Shown here piece by piece: positions 38,674 to 51,347 of a DNA stretch of 64,000 nucleotides; positions within the stretch are counted from its first letter, which is position 1; each line of letters begins with the position of its first letter. The stretch comes from Laetmonice hystrix. Lineage: Eukaryota. The notes beneath the pieces were generated by a model. That model made no database searches. It was not told the origin of the DNA and saw nothing but the letters and a program-made list of their open reading frames with translations. The DNA is taken from NCBI GenBank assembly GCA_965235115.1, contig OZ249448.1, positions 7,440,001-7,504,000 of the forward strand, given 5' to 3'. A program made the position numbers and the translations under genes.

Positions 38674-41600
38674 GCACTTCAGGCCTCAGATACCCAAGTG
38701 GTTACATCAAATCGCTTTGTTTCAAGTGGCAATTACTTCAGAATAACATTACATGTATATGGGAACCTGAACGACAGCATAAGATGAGTGTGACCTATCC
38801 ATTTTAAACACGTTTTCTAAGAGCCTTTGAGCCCAGGGAGCGAGTCATATATTTTCCAATGTATTTCAATCATGCAAAGCCTCCCCATGTTCTGGCCTGG
38901 CGCCTTGTGCTTTTGTTTGTGGTGTAACCGACAAAATCCTCGCAGCAAAATCAATGAAACCACCAAAAACTTGCTGAATCATGCATGCACACTGATGGAG
39001 GAATATCTAAATTCCAACCTTCAAAAGCTTATTACAACTGAACAGAAAATCTTTACAAACGAATAAAGAAGAAAGTCTTTTTGAAAATATCCGTCGCTTT
39101 TGCCATTCCGTGCATACGTACTGTGCGTCAAACCTCGAGTTCCTGACGACTTGGCCAGTCAAGTGTGTCCTTAACAGTCGGCGAGGCGCGTTAAATATAA
39201 CCTTAACGACTATCTAATGTTAGAACACAAACTATCTTCATCTTCAAGGTCGGTCAGTTCGGAATCCATTGCTTTCACATCCATATCGTCCTATCTCGGG
39301 TTGTGTGGTATCGGTGGGGTATAGGGTAGGATTACCCAACTCGTACTGTCACACAAACTAGCCCAGCAGGCCCATTACCATTTATATTATAAACCATTAA
39401 TCTCACGTTCTCTAAGTGCGAGCTCAATTCAAATCGTGTCTCAGTTGGTCCGATGAAGATCGCCAACACCTGCACCTCAATGTTTTAGAGTGTTTCACCT
39501 AGAAACACCTGCTAACTGCTAATGAAATATTGCCGGAATTTGCATATAGAGCGGACAGACTCGCAGAATTTGCCAGGAACAGAAATCTGCAAGCATCCCG
39601 CCAAAGGCAAGTATCTGAAAAATGTCTTGACGGTCCCACGCTTGAATACTGACACGAGCCGCCTCAATGTCCTGGAGGTCCCAAGAGCCACACTACTCAA
39701 AACAGGTTAGGGATATGGTAGTAAGAATGTGACTTTACTCCTAATGATAATAAATGTACAACATTGAACCTTCCCCATTGCTAGAGTACTCACTTGGCAT
39801 ATCTGGCAAATCCAAGGGGTCTGCACTAAAAGTTAGAACATGCCTATGGCACAGATCAAGAACGTTATCTGGCCATTTCAAGGGTACAAACCGGAAGCAC
39901 ACAGACTGTCGCCAATACTACAGTGATCTGGAAAAACCTAGCAAGTCCACTTTGCCTCATTTTCAGAAAATTGGGAAAAACAAACCATTCCTGCCATTAA
40001 GATGCTGCAAACGCTAGTTTTTTTCCAGGTCAAGAACTATGAATTGCGTAGAGTCACTTGTATAGGACTATATGAAAGGGCAAAACCTAGTAAGTCTAAA
40101 AATGAGACTAACTCAAATTGGACAAAAATGAGACTTACTATGTTCTTCTAGATCCCTGTAGAATGAACTTGGTGTATCCAACAAAAACATCGGGTCGGTG
40201 TCAAGCTGTAGTTGACGCTCATCGTCACAGGAGAAGATAATTGAGACATTAGTGTTTTTGAGCGTGAGGCGTGAACCATTGTTTGTTCTTGTATTGTTTT
40301 GTAATACAGTTCTTTGACAAGATGACTTTGATTTCATTTTACTTAACATATCCATACTTTCACTCCAAATTCATGAAACATATTGCCATTTCTATATCAA
40401 GCACAATTCTATTTGGAAGCTACAGATCCGTTGTTTTTGTTTTTAGTAGTTTAAGTGCCCCGAGTAGAGAGTTGGAAATGTACATAGAAAATGGTCTATT
40501 CGCACCCCTTCTCTTCACATTCAACCTTACTGTAAATTATGAAAGTTCTGTGTAATTCCTGCCATGTATTACATCCATGTACAGCTTTTCCTTACACGAC
40601 TACATGACAGATTTTCATGGAGACTTCAAGAGGATATAGACTGTGCATTTATTTATACGCCCTCTTCATGGTGAAAGGGTCCCCACCGAAATGGTTGATG
40701 CTGGCATATCTACTCGGCGTCTATTCAGTCTGGTTCTTACAATATACACTACAATATTAATCATTCACATCAATTTCCCAAGTTTCTTTCAAGAATTCAT
40801 ATTTATCAATTCGCGCCACACATTGAAGACTACTTTCAATATTCCAAAAGGAGCGATAACGGTTTGCTTGCACACGACTTTCCCGGCAGTGGGCAGGCAT
40901 AAGGGCGAGCCAAGTGCCACGGAGTTAATAGACGTATTCTAAAGCCGCTGTCAGCCACGCCTATATGGTGCCATATCTCAGTGTCGGCGGCGTCCGACCA
41001 GCAACGTTATGACGGAGGGTCAAGGCCACCAACGCTGACCACTTGAGACCCTTGGGTCTGGTCACTGACTGGTCAAACCTGCCTGGCAGCTGGGCCACGG
41101 CTCCGCCAAACACACAAAACCTGCGTGCTTGGCTGGGTTCGGGAAGCGACCATCGGGACCATCCGGGCTGGGTATATTTGACTTGTCGTTGGAGATGACC
41201 TCAGGGCCTGGTTTTAAATTCGTCATTTTGCCAATAATAAGACTGGAATTTTAAGACTATAGGGCAAGGGCTATTTTATACATAGCTTGGCACAGCAGTC
41301 CCGCGGTCGGAGAACCAAGAAAACTTCTGTCGATTTTAACTTGGTAGCCTCCAGTATGCTTCCTTTTTCCTGCAGATTTTGGCGCTAAGGTCGTAGTTGG
41401 TTGAAAGATATCTATACAAGGGCCTCTGTCCGAGCCGACGGCACCTGGGTGACTGTAACACAGACTTCCTATCTTTACTTTGTCCTGGGACGTCACAACG
41501 GGTCCCAGGACGGCATACTCTGTTTACCTTACGGTCAAGGATTTCTCTAGGCTGCAAGGACCACTCATACCACGTGTTTATCCCTTGCTGCGAGATTACC

Positions 41601-44600
41601 TTGATACATGAAAAACATGCTGTATGTTTGTTATGTTTTTATGGAAGGAGACCTGAGGGGAAATGAGGTCTTGGCAGACGGATAGCGAAGCCAGTGCCCC
41701 AGCAACACCCCCATATGATGTGTGTCTGAGCAGGAAGACGACACGACAACGTCCTGCGTCCAGACGTTACGTCCAGACCCCATGTCCGGGGTCAGGGCGA
41801 CGCGCCGGAAAGCAGACGTCATAATTCCATTTCCCGCCATGCCCGCCAGGCCAGTAAGCACCGAAGCCATTAGCCGACCGCTCGTAACTTCTAAGCTCCT
41901 AAACAAGCACTGATGACAGTCGGTCATAGAATGACAAATACGACAATCAAATCAATCAAGACTTTCACAGTTTCATTCACTTGTTGGGTCAGAGCACCAT
42001 AAAGTTTTGGAGCGACTTTTATTTGGGGAAAAACGAGTACCGATCTAAGTCTGAGAAAGATTGTTGACATATTCCTTATGTGAACGCCAGGCCCATTTAA
42101 TCAATCTACCTTTTAGTCATTCAACTGATTACAATGATTTCCGAACAAAATACTCAAACAAAAATTCTACATTATTTGTGCATCATTAGTGTTTCACCTC
42201 TTTTAGACATGGGAATTAAGAGCTAGACTACAATCCTTTCTAATAAGAATCAAACATAACTGTTGGTCAGATGATCACTTGGTGTTAATTTGCAATGAAT
42301 ATTAATGAGCGCGAGATAAAGCATGGAGCAGTTTCCATCACGCTGGCCTGGGAGACGAATATCAACCAGACTGGCGCATATTCCCTGACAACAACAAAGT
42401 GTGAATTGAGTTGTCTATTGTCACTGTCTTGATTGACTTAGTGCCGCACAAAATCAGTGCTGGTGAGGTGAGAGTGTATGGAGCGGGAGTGCCCACAGTG
42501 ATAACCGACAACAGCAACGTTATTGATTACTTGCTGAAGATGACTGCCGTTTTTCCGGACTGACTGCTGTCATTCTTTCAAACTTCCTATTTGTCCTGAA
42601 CTTTTTTTTCCAGGATTTCAACATTTTGAATAATTTCATAGTCATCAACGTGGTTTCCATATACATGCATTTCCAAAGAACCGAATTGAGAAGTGCATCT
42701 GAGGATACTTATTTATATTGAATTTAAAGTTCCTGAACTAAGATTACAAATGGCTGATTGATGATGATAAGATTAGGAGATCAACATGCGGCAGGTCGAG
42801 CACGGAATATGTAATCAGCAATCAACTACCATGTTCCCTGACGACCCGTCATTTACTATTCACTGGTGGCATTGTTTCACGTGACGTGTTTTCTTGGACG
42901 CAGGCGTTATAAATAAGCAGTTTCTTGGAGAACGACCAAGGTGGATGCTGAAGAACCTTGTCAATTATTCCTTGGAGAAAGCTCCTGTGGCGTCAGCAGG
43001 GCCAGCGAGAGGGCATCGTGGAAGGATAGCTCATTTGAACTAATCAAAATACACAAAAACTACCATTTTTCCAGATCAGCATCCTGACCGCCAGATTGCG
43101 GCAGGTTCCGTTTGATTACCCCGTGACTCGTTCCGCTACCGTCGTACAATTACACGGGCCTTATATCGGCTCCTTCAACGTAAGACGTACTGCACTGGTC
43201 CACCCCGGACCAATCTATCAAACACGTATCTATGGTAGAAACTATTATTATATCAGTATCTGATAACTTACTAACAAACGTCACAGGTAACACTGGTACA
43301 ATCTGTAGGAACATCTTACACACATGCCAAGGTCAAACCTTGGGCCGCCAGATGTACAGCGGATGACTTCCATTACCAGATGAGGTTAGTGACCACTGAT
43401 CCATCTTGCTAACAACGTTTCCTTGGTAGATCTACAAAAGATCCCTGTCTCGGAAAAGGAACATTACACTCTTCAAATCAAATCCATGCAATCCATTCCC
43501 ATAACATTCCTTGTAACTGACAATTCCCAACTCCCCTTCGGGACTTAACCCGATCCACTGACATGCCTGGTTTGTAAATATCCCTTTTAATCTGGATCTA
43601 TTAAATCTATATCAATCTATGTACCAGACATCCAGACACAAGGCTGATAATATCATTACCCAGACTGAGTACTTGTCGACCAAACCAAACCCCAACATTT
43701 CGTCTCGAACCTACCAGCCGGTAGACGGAGTTCTATCCGACTGCTTGGATTGATTACTCGCAGACAGATTACCTTCTATAAGACTGTTTGCACTTATTAC
43801 CCAAACACAACTTCATTCCACACTTCCTGCAATCTGCGAGAATCAAGGGAGACAAGGTACATGATTAAGTTACCCATTTATTATGTCTCCCTGGGGTAGG
43901 CGTGTGTGCCGTGGGACGGGGGTGAGGGGCTTCCAGGCCCGGTTTGTCCCGTCAATACGGTCGTCTCATACTCCGACGTTAACCCTTGACCTCTGACCTC
44001 AAAGGTCACCAAACACTCAAGCTGAACTTGTCTCATGAGACACTGATCGTACCTGAAGAGCGTGAGGCCCCACTACACTAATTCTATTTCACGTCATGAG
44101 CTACATGACAACCCTGATATTGACAGGCTATTCCAGCAGAGCGTTCACCACTTGAAACACCAACCCTAAGGGCGTCAGGAAGGATATAAAATTCCCCTCC
44201 CTAGCGCTATCGTTAGACGAGTTGTCCCTCCGGTAATGAACACACAGTAATCTCTGTCTTATGATGTATTGTCTGATTTTATGCTCCAGCTGTCACCCTC
44301 AATAATACACTCGCATGTCCCCAGCAGAAATCTAGTACGAAAGGTGCAATCATCTAATCAAGATTAAAATGCAGTTTTCAATTTTTTTTGTCTCAGCCCT
44401 GTCTGAAGGATGTTCTACAATGTCCTTTTACAGGTCTGCCCGCGTCACCATATGGTTCTCTCCTTAGCCAGCGGCACTATACCAATAGCCTTACAAGAAA
44501 GAGCCGTTTTAAAATTCTTTGTGCCAAATTTAATGCTTTATCTCACAGCACACCTGAAGAGCCGTTTTACTCGGTCGGACCAACATTTATGAGATTGCCG

Positions 44601-46723
44601 ACATTGGCAGTGGCATTATAAAATATACTGGACATAAATCTACTTTTCGTCCTCAACCCCTAGAACAAAAATATAGCCGCTCCCGTAAAAAGACCCCATA
44701 GAAAAACGAAAACGTCTTCCTTAAAACTGACCTCATTTGCGAATATAAAGATATATGATATATTCCCAGAAGCGTAAGTTTCCCTCTGACTAGCTAATAC
44801 AATGTATAGTTTTAGACACAATCTATCAATCTATCTATTTTGTATCCTCCTGTTCACCTCCCATAAAACAACCTTTAGCATCAAGCATTGGTGGAACCAC
44901 TTTGTCTGAATTTACAGGCATTGCCGAACAACAATACTTGCGATGTCTAGCATCCGTAATGGAGTTAGATAGTTTCAATGCAGAGTCGAACCGATGCACA
45001 GTTCACGCCTAATACCGGTATGTACTATAGATGGATGGGTGAGTTCTTTCACAGTTTACCCGTACATCATTCAATAATTCCCCTGGCCATGTGAAGGCTC
45101 CAGATTGAGGTCCCTTCACAGAAGATGTCGGTCCTGATTCAATAAAACCTTTCACAGATTCCAAGCAGGGAGTGACGTTTCATCTAAGGAGAGTACCAGA
45201 CACACAGTGTTGAGAGAAACGCTTCCTGTGACACGTGTCGGCGGAGGAAAGACTATCAGTGTAATTTGCAATAGTTCACTGATGAATGCACGATGAATGG
45301 GTCTCCACCATGGGTGCCCGCCGTGTCAAGCCTGACTGGTTTACAATGTCATGTCCCCAGATAATGCCTTCGCTTTGCCGTCCCTTTTTATCAGTCTTTG
45401 CGTTTGTCCTTGCGCTCAGCATGGGATGGTATCTACCCACCTCTAACACTTGATCAGTCGGGCTTTATACGTTCATCAACATCAAGTTAGCTAATGGCAC
45501 TTTTATGAAACCAAACTCCTATACAAAGTTTACGATCTTATATTCAATCATAGCTTCGGGAGGAGGGGTCTATGGAAATGTTCTGGGAAACTTCCAGTCG
45601 GATGATTCACGAACACTTAAGGCAAGTTATCTCTAGTAATTTGTTCATTCGACTTCACTCCCGGGCTAAAGTGGCGGTATTGAAAAGCAAGTGATGTCTG
45701 AGAACCATTCAACCTGAAAGAGAAGTCCATAAATCCTCTTTGTTTTCACCGTTTTCTCAGTGAACTTTGACCGTAGCCAATTACAATAGCGGTGGGAGGA
45801 CTCGTACATTACTGAGTGTTCGGTGGCACCCACTGCAGACAGTAATCCCAAGGAGGGAACCGTAAATCGTGTAGGGGTGGGGTTGGTGGATGGGTGCAGT
45901 ATGATAATGGACCCAGTCCATCCACAGGAACAAAGAAAATTCTCCCGAACCGTCGGCAATATCTCCACACCACCGACTGCTTGGTGCCAACCTGGACTTA
46001 TTTTATTTTGATAAAATATAATTCGTCCAAGGTGGCAGTAAACGCAGGATATATTTACGACAATGATAGTCTCTCATGACTGTTTTTGTCATTCACATGC
46101 CATGTCTCTAGTTAATGCGGAATCCCCTGGTAAAAACAAAGAACTATTAACGGTGCCAATGACAGTCCCCTAGGCACAGTGTGATTTCATTACTACCTCC
46201 TCGAGCTCAAAATCAATCATTCTATGTTAAACCTACAATCAGAGGCCATTCATCATTTGTTGAGATGCCTTCACAATAACTCTGATATAAATACCCTTAA
46301 CACAACACAATATTAACACAACACTGTAGCATACAGTTGCAATACAGAGCTCAATACATGACAATACAAGACGTCACTGTGATGGTCCGGGTTAGTTAAG
46401 TTTTAGAGCTGTTAACCACATTAATCGTCAGTTTGAGTGAGACCATACATTGTATTTTCCGTCTTTTTATCCAGATTCCTTTGTGCAAGCACAGCGGTGT
46501 TTCATAAAACATGTCAACAGAAAAAGAGGGAATCGATTCACTAAAATTTTTGAAAACGTTTTCCCAAGTATTATTTTCCTCTCGGAGAGAAGAAAATAAT
46601 AATGAAAACGTTTGATTCTGAAGCTACTTCCCTCGAACCAATTTGTAAATAAGATTCGCTGCTTATATAATATGCTCTTGGGCGCAATTCGGGGTTAAGC
46701 CGAGCAGATAACATTGTGAAGAC

Positions 46724-46939
46724 TATAGTCTGTTCGCTCTAAGAAGAGCTCGACCTCGGCCTCATTAAAGCTGTTAGTTCATTTGGGGTAATACAGAACC
46801 ACGTGAAATTTGGTCATATTCTTGAATGACAGGCGGTGATGACTTGTGATACGCCAGCTGTGGGTAGACGGGAGGAGGGGGGCAGGTCAGAGCTTTAATG
46901 AGGCCGAGGTCAAGCTCTTCTTAGAGCGAACAGACTATA
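46724..46939. mobile_element. Fold-back MITE, 216 bp with 49-bp inverted arms, probable TA TSD
   Basis: TATAGTCTGTTCGCTCTAAGAAGAGCTCGACCTCGGCCTCATTAAAGCT (46724-46772) versus the reverse complement of 46891-46939: 48/49 identical. The outer TA dinucleotides may be the TSD. Confidence 0.85.
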
Positions 46940-47064
46940 CCTTGGCTTGCCCTGTTTCAATGACCGTATATCTGAACCACGACCCACACTACGTCTGTTT
47001 GATGTCTTGGACGTGGTTCACATTACAAACACTGCCATGGTATATCATAACGGTGGCTACTTAC

Positions 47065-47163
47065 CGGAATGTTGTTGATTTGTAGCTCGAGTTGAAGCCT
47101 CTCCTTCGCTGCCTGCTTGATGATATTCTCCAGTTCCTGCTCATCTGTGTACAACTCAGCATT
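47065..47163 (-). CDS. Internal coding exon of an unidentified coiled-coil protein gene (99 nt, phase 0-0)
   Basis: Minus strand: strong acceptor CTGTTTTGTTTTCCCCACAG and consensus donor CCG|GTAAGT. 33 codons NAELYTDEQELENIIKQAAKERLQLELQINNIP, E/Q/K/L-rich and helical, with many G/C-ending codons. Confidence 0.8.
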
Positions 47164-48625
47164 CTGTGGGGAAAACAAAACAGCCACACTAAGTATTCAT
47201 TCACGAAGGAGCATTACATCAATGATACGAGGCAGTAAACGGATCGCAAATCAAATACAGTAGAAAGCTCATTTAGCGGGGGCCGTAAAGGGAAGACGAG
47301 GCGGACTATCTCTTTACAAAGCTACTGTATACATATCTTGATATCTCCGCACACAATTAGGGAATAACATTTCATCCCCAAAACATGGATCTATGCATTA
47401 AGAAAATCTTACATCGCAAATGCCTACAAAACGGCTGTATTATAAAAGATGTCCATTCTACCTTCGTAGAGGCCCTTTCTTTATGCACACACAATGCCAG
47501 ATCTAAAACCGATTTTCTCCCTGTGTTTCATATACAGAGGGAAATATACCAGCAAAAAGAAGAAAACGATAAGCTAAGAAATTCTGAGCACATCAATTTT
47601 GTATTTGTCCCCTGAGACCATTTCTACGACTGTGATCTGGCCGATGGAGAAAGGATAGCGATGTAAACCTTGATTAGATCTACATGAGTGATGTCCAAGA
47701 GGACCAGATAAAACAACGTCTCAGCACAACGCAAAACGAGCTCACCACTAAAAGTACAACCGTTTCTAGGTGATAATCATAATACACGGTATTTCTACAC
47801 CTGCACAACTTTATAAATGACTTAACAACCTTAGGCAGTATTCTTACAGCAGCTATATATCTTACACTTAGACGGGCGACGTCCGTCACTTATATAATCT
47901 CATAATATTTTATTGTAATGCATTAACTCAATCTTACATTACATTATAATGGTGCTTCCAATTGCATTTGAACAACCTAAGTCGATTTTCATTTTGCATT
48001 GAAATGGAAAAAAAGAGCAAATCGAATGATATATAAGATGATAACATTACAGAGAAGCCCATTCATTTTCTATTACCTGATACCAATGGCTAGCCATCAA
48101 AATTTGTCTGTCTGAATGCCAGCTTAGATTTCTAAAGACGCGCCTATATCCGTTTGTATGTACATTTGAATATATACATATATCTTCTAAGATCCAACCT
48201 GCCTTTATAGAAGCCGAGGCCGGCCTTGAGCAATCTTCAGTCATTACCGGATCATACGGATTACCATCTCATAGACATTATCATATAATGAGGATTACCA
48301 TCTCATTAGGATTCCTTTCAAGGACGAAAAGCAAAGAGAACTTGATCAAGGGATTTGGATTTACCAAGTAGACTTTTCTGGTTGCATCATCATTTCTTCC
48401 AGCTTGGCTTGATATATACATAGTGTTTTGGGTGAGCGTGTGTCGATATGACTTCACACGTATGTGGGTGAGTGCGTGGCTGTACCCCCCACCCCCCCAC
48501 CCCTCCTCACACCACTCCGACTCCCCCGCGGCTGGTGATAATGACAATGACAATGACCTTTCAGTACGTATATCCGCGCCACATCCATCACTATTCTCGA
48601 TGACAGCTGAAAGAGTAGGAAGATC

Positions 48626-49973
48626 CTCCACTCACACCGATCTCTGTCTACGTACACGGAACGGGAAACACACGTCTCCACTCACACCGATCTCTGTCTA
48701 CGTACACGGAACGGGAAACACACGTCTCCACTCACACCGATCTCTGTCTACGTACACGGAACGGGAAACACACGTCTCCACTCACACCGATCTCTGTCTA
48801 CGTACACGGAACGGGAAACACACGTCTCCACTCACACCGATCTCTGTCTACGTACACGGAACGGGAAACACACGTCTCCACTCACACCGATCTCTGTCTA
48901 CGTACACGGAACGGGAAACACACGTCTCCACTCACACCGATCTCTGTCTACGTACACGGAACGGGAAACGCAAGTCTCCACTCACACCGATCTCTGTCTA
49001 CGTACACGGAACGGGAAACACACGTCTCCACTCACACCGATCTCTGTCTACGTACACGGAACGGGAAACCCACGTCTCCACTCACACCGATCTCTGTCTA
49101 CGTACACGGAACGGGAAACACACGTCTCCACTCACACCGATCTCTGTCTACGTACACGGAACGGGAAACACACGTCTCCACTCACACCGATCTCTGTCTA
49201 CGTACACGGAACGGGAAACGCAAGTCTCCACTCACACCGATCTCTGTCTACGTACACGGAACGGGAAACACACGTCTCCACTCACACCGATCTCTGTCTA
49301 CGTACACGGAACGGGAAACACACGTCTCCACTCACACCGATCTCTGTCTACGTACACGGAACGGGAAACACAAGTCTCCACCCACACCGATCTCTGTCTA
49401 CGTACACGGAACGGGAAACACACGTCTCCACTCACACCGATCTCTGTCTACGTACACGGAACGGGAAACACAAGTCTCCACCCACACCGATCTCTGTCTA
49501 CGTACACGGAACGGGAAACACACGTCTCCACTCACACCGATCTCTGTCTACGTACACGGAACGGGAAACACACGTCTCCACTCACACCGATCTCTGTCTA
49601 CGTACACGGAACGGGAAACACACGTCTCCACTCACACCGATCTCTGTCTACGTACACGGAACGGGAAACACACGTCTCCACTCACACCGATCTCTGTCTA
49701 CGTACACGGAACGGGAAACGCAAGTCTCCACTCACACCGATCTCTGTCTACGTACACGGAACGGGAAACACACGTCTCCACTCACACCGATCTCTGTCTA
49801 CGTACACGGAACGGGAAACGCAAGTCTCCACTCACACCGATCTCTGTCTACGTACACGGAACGGAAAACGCAAGTCTCCACTCACACCGATCTCTGTCTA
49901 CGTACACGGAACGGAAAACGCAAGTCTCCACTCACACCGGTCTCTGTCTACGTACACGGAACGGGAAACACAC
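48626..49973. repeat. Tandem minisatellite, 50-bp unit, about 27 copies
   Basis: Unit CTCCACTCACACCGATCTCTGTCTACGTACACGGAACGGGAAACACACGT, with CGCAAGT/CACAAGT variants. Source of the 550-aa artefact ORF. Confidence 0.98.
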
Positions 49974-51138
49974 AGAAAGACATCCCTCCGCTATGGAGCG
50001 CGGCTCTTCATGCCAGCACCGCGGCCAACGTCTTCAAAAGTAACAAACGAAAGCAAAGTCCATAAATACTTTTGATCAGCGGTGCCAAATACTCCATCAA
50101 CACACGCCGACAAGATTTATGGCCAAACTGCTGGTTCGGCTTACATGATCAAAGCTCATTGGGCGAACCGGTTGGTGGTAGCAGGAGCATCAGCACGAGG
50201 TAATTACTGAATATCCACGTCTATGGCCTAGTGTGGATTTCTGTTCTTAAAGTAATCTAAAGAATATCCGTCAATATCAAAGCCCCTCCCAACCCCCAAC
50301 CCCCAAATAAAACGCCTCAAAACGCCTCGGCCTTGGCCTTTTCGCGAGGTTATGAAGATGCTGTTCTTGCTATCGTCGCAGATTTGAGAAAGTGGGTAAA
50401 TTTTATTTCTGGTTAGCAATTAAGTAATCGCATTAAGTCCTAGCGGTCTCACTGCTATTAGTTAAGGCATAGGAACAACAACAATGTTTCTAGACTCGTT
50501 AGCTTTAGGTAAGCGAATACAACGTAAACCCTTAATCATAAAATCCTCCTACACTGACGCGACTGTCCGCCGTGTGGTTCTGAAGTTAAAGAACGAAACG
50601 TACCTTCAGTACCAGGGATTAGAAATATACAAGGACATACATGTACTGCAGAAGAACTTTCTTTCTGTAAATAAAAAATCACGGGCGTCATATGGAGAAA
50701 TCGTTTTAGAGGGCGACCGTCCCTTTATTAGGTAGTTTGAAACCACCAGATTGCATGATTAGGTAAATTACAGCCATGTACAGCTACGATCAATGAGATA
50801 ACAGGTGTGCCATACAGTGCACGCATTGCACCTGCTGACGCCCATCACTAGGTGTTAACAGATATGTAACACTACAATCATGTTCACACAACTCCTGCCA
50901 TGGCCACCTTCCAGCACACGGTATCCGTCACTTGATTCAACCCCTTGGCTGGAAGTCAGAAAACTCATACCCACGGTAACCGATAGTCTCAAGTACCAGC
51001 AAGCCGAATTCTCACCATGTTTGATGGATCTAACACCACTTGTGGACATTGAAAGGTTCATAGTGAAAACAGAAAGTTTGTAGCTCATTTCTATTTCCAA
51101 TATTGGACTTTATTACTATACTCTCTGGCCAAATAACT

Positions 51139-51347
51139 GGCCCTGATCTACTAAGGCGATTTCCTTTGCGACGGCCATGCGATTTTTGATGTAATAGTGG
51201 GATTTCACTCTGTAATTATTCCTAGCGGAACTTCTTTGTTTCTGGAAATGGGTTCCATCCGTTAATCTCAAAATCGCAGTAAAATAAAAAGGTGATGTCA
51301 AAATGGCATGGACATCGCAAGGACAATCGCCTATGTGGATCAGTGCC
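51139..51347. mobile_element. MITE, family A copy 2 (about 210 bp)
   Basis: Imperfect TIR of about 45-50 bp (GGCCCTGATCTACTAAGGCGATTTCCTTTGCGACGGCCATGCGATTTT versus right-end reverse complement GGCACTGATCCACATAGGCGATTGTCCTTGCGATGTCCATGCCATTTT). The interior is about 80% identical by eye to 17799-17991, in the same orientation. Confidence 0.8.

Noticed and set aside
41230-41760. Plus-strand DYRARAIL...VDF...WLKDIYTRASVRADG...EDDTT, faintly like RTE-type RT
   Set aside because: Motif spacing is wrong and each match is only 2-4 residues.
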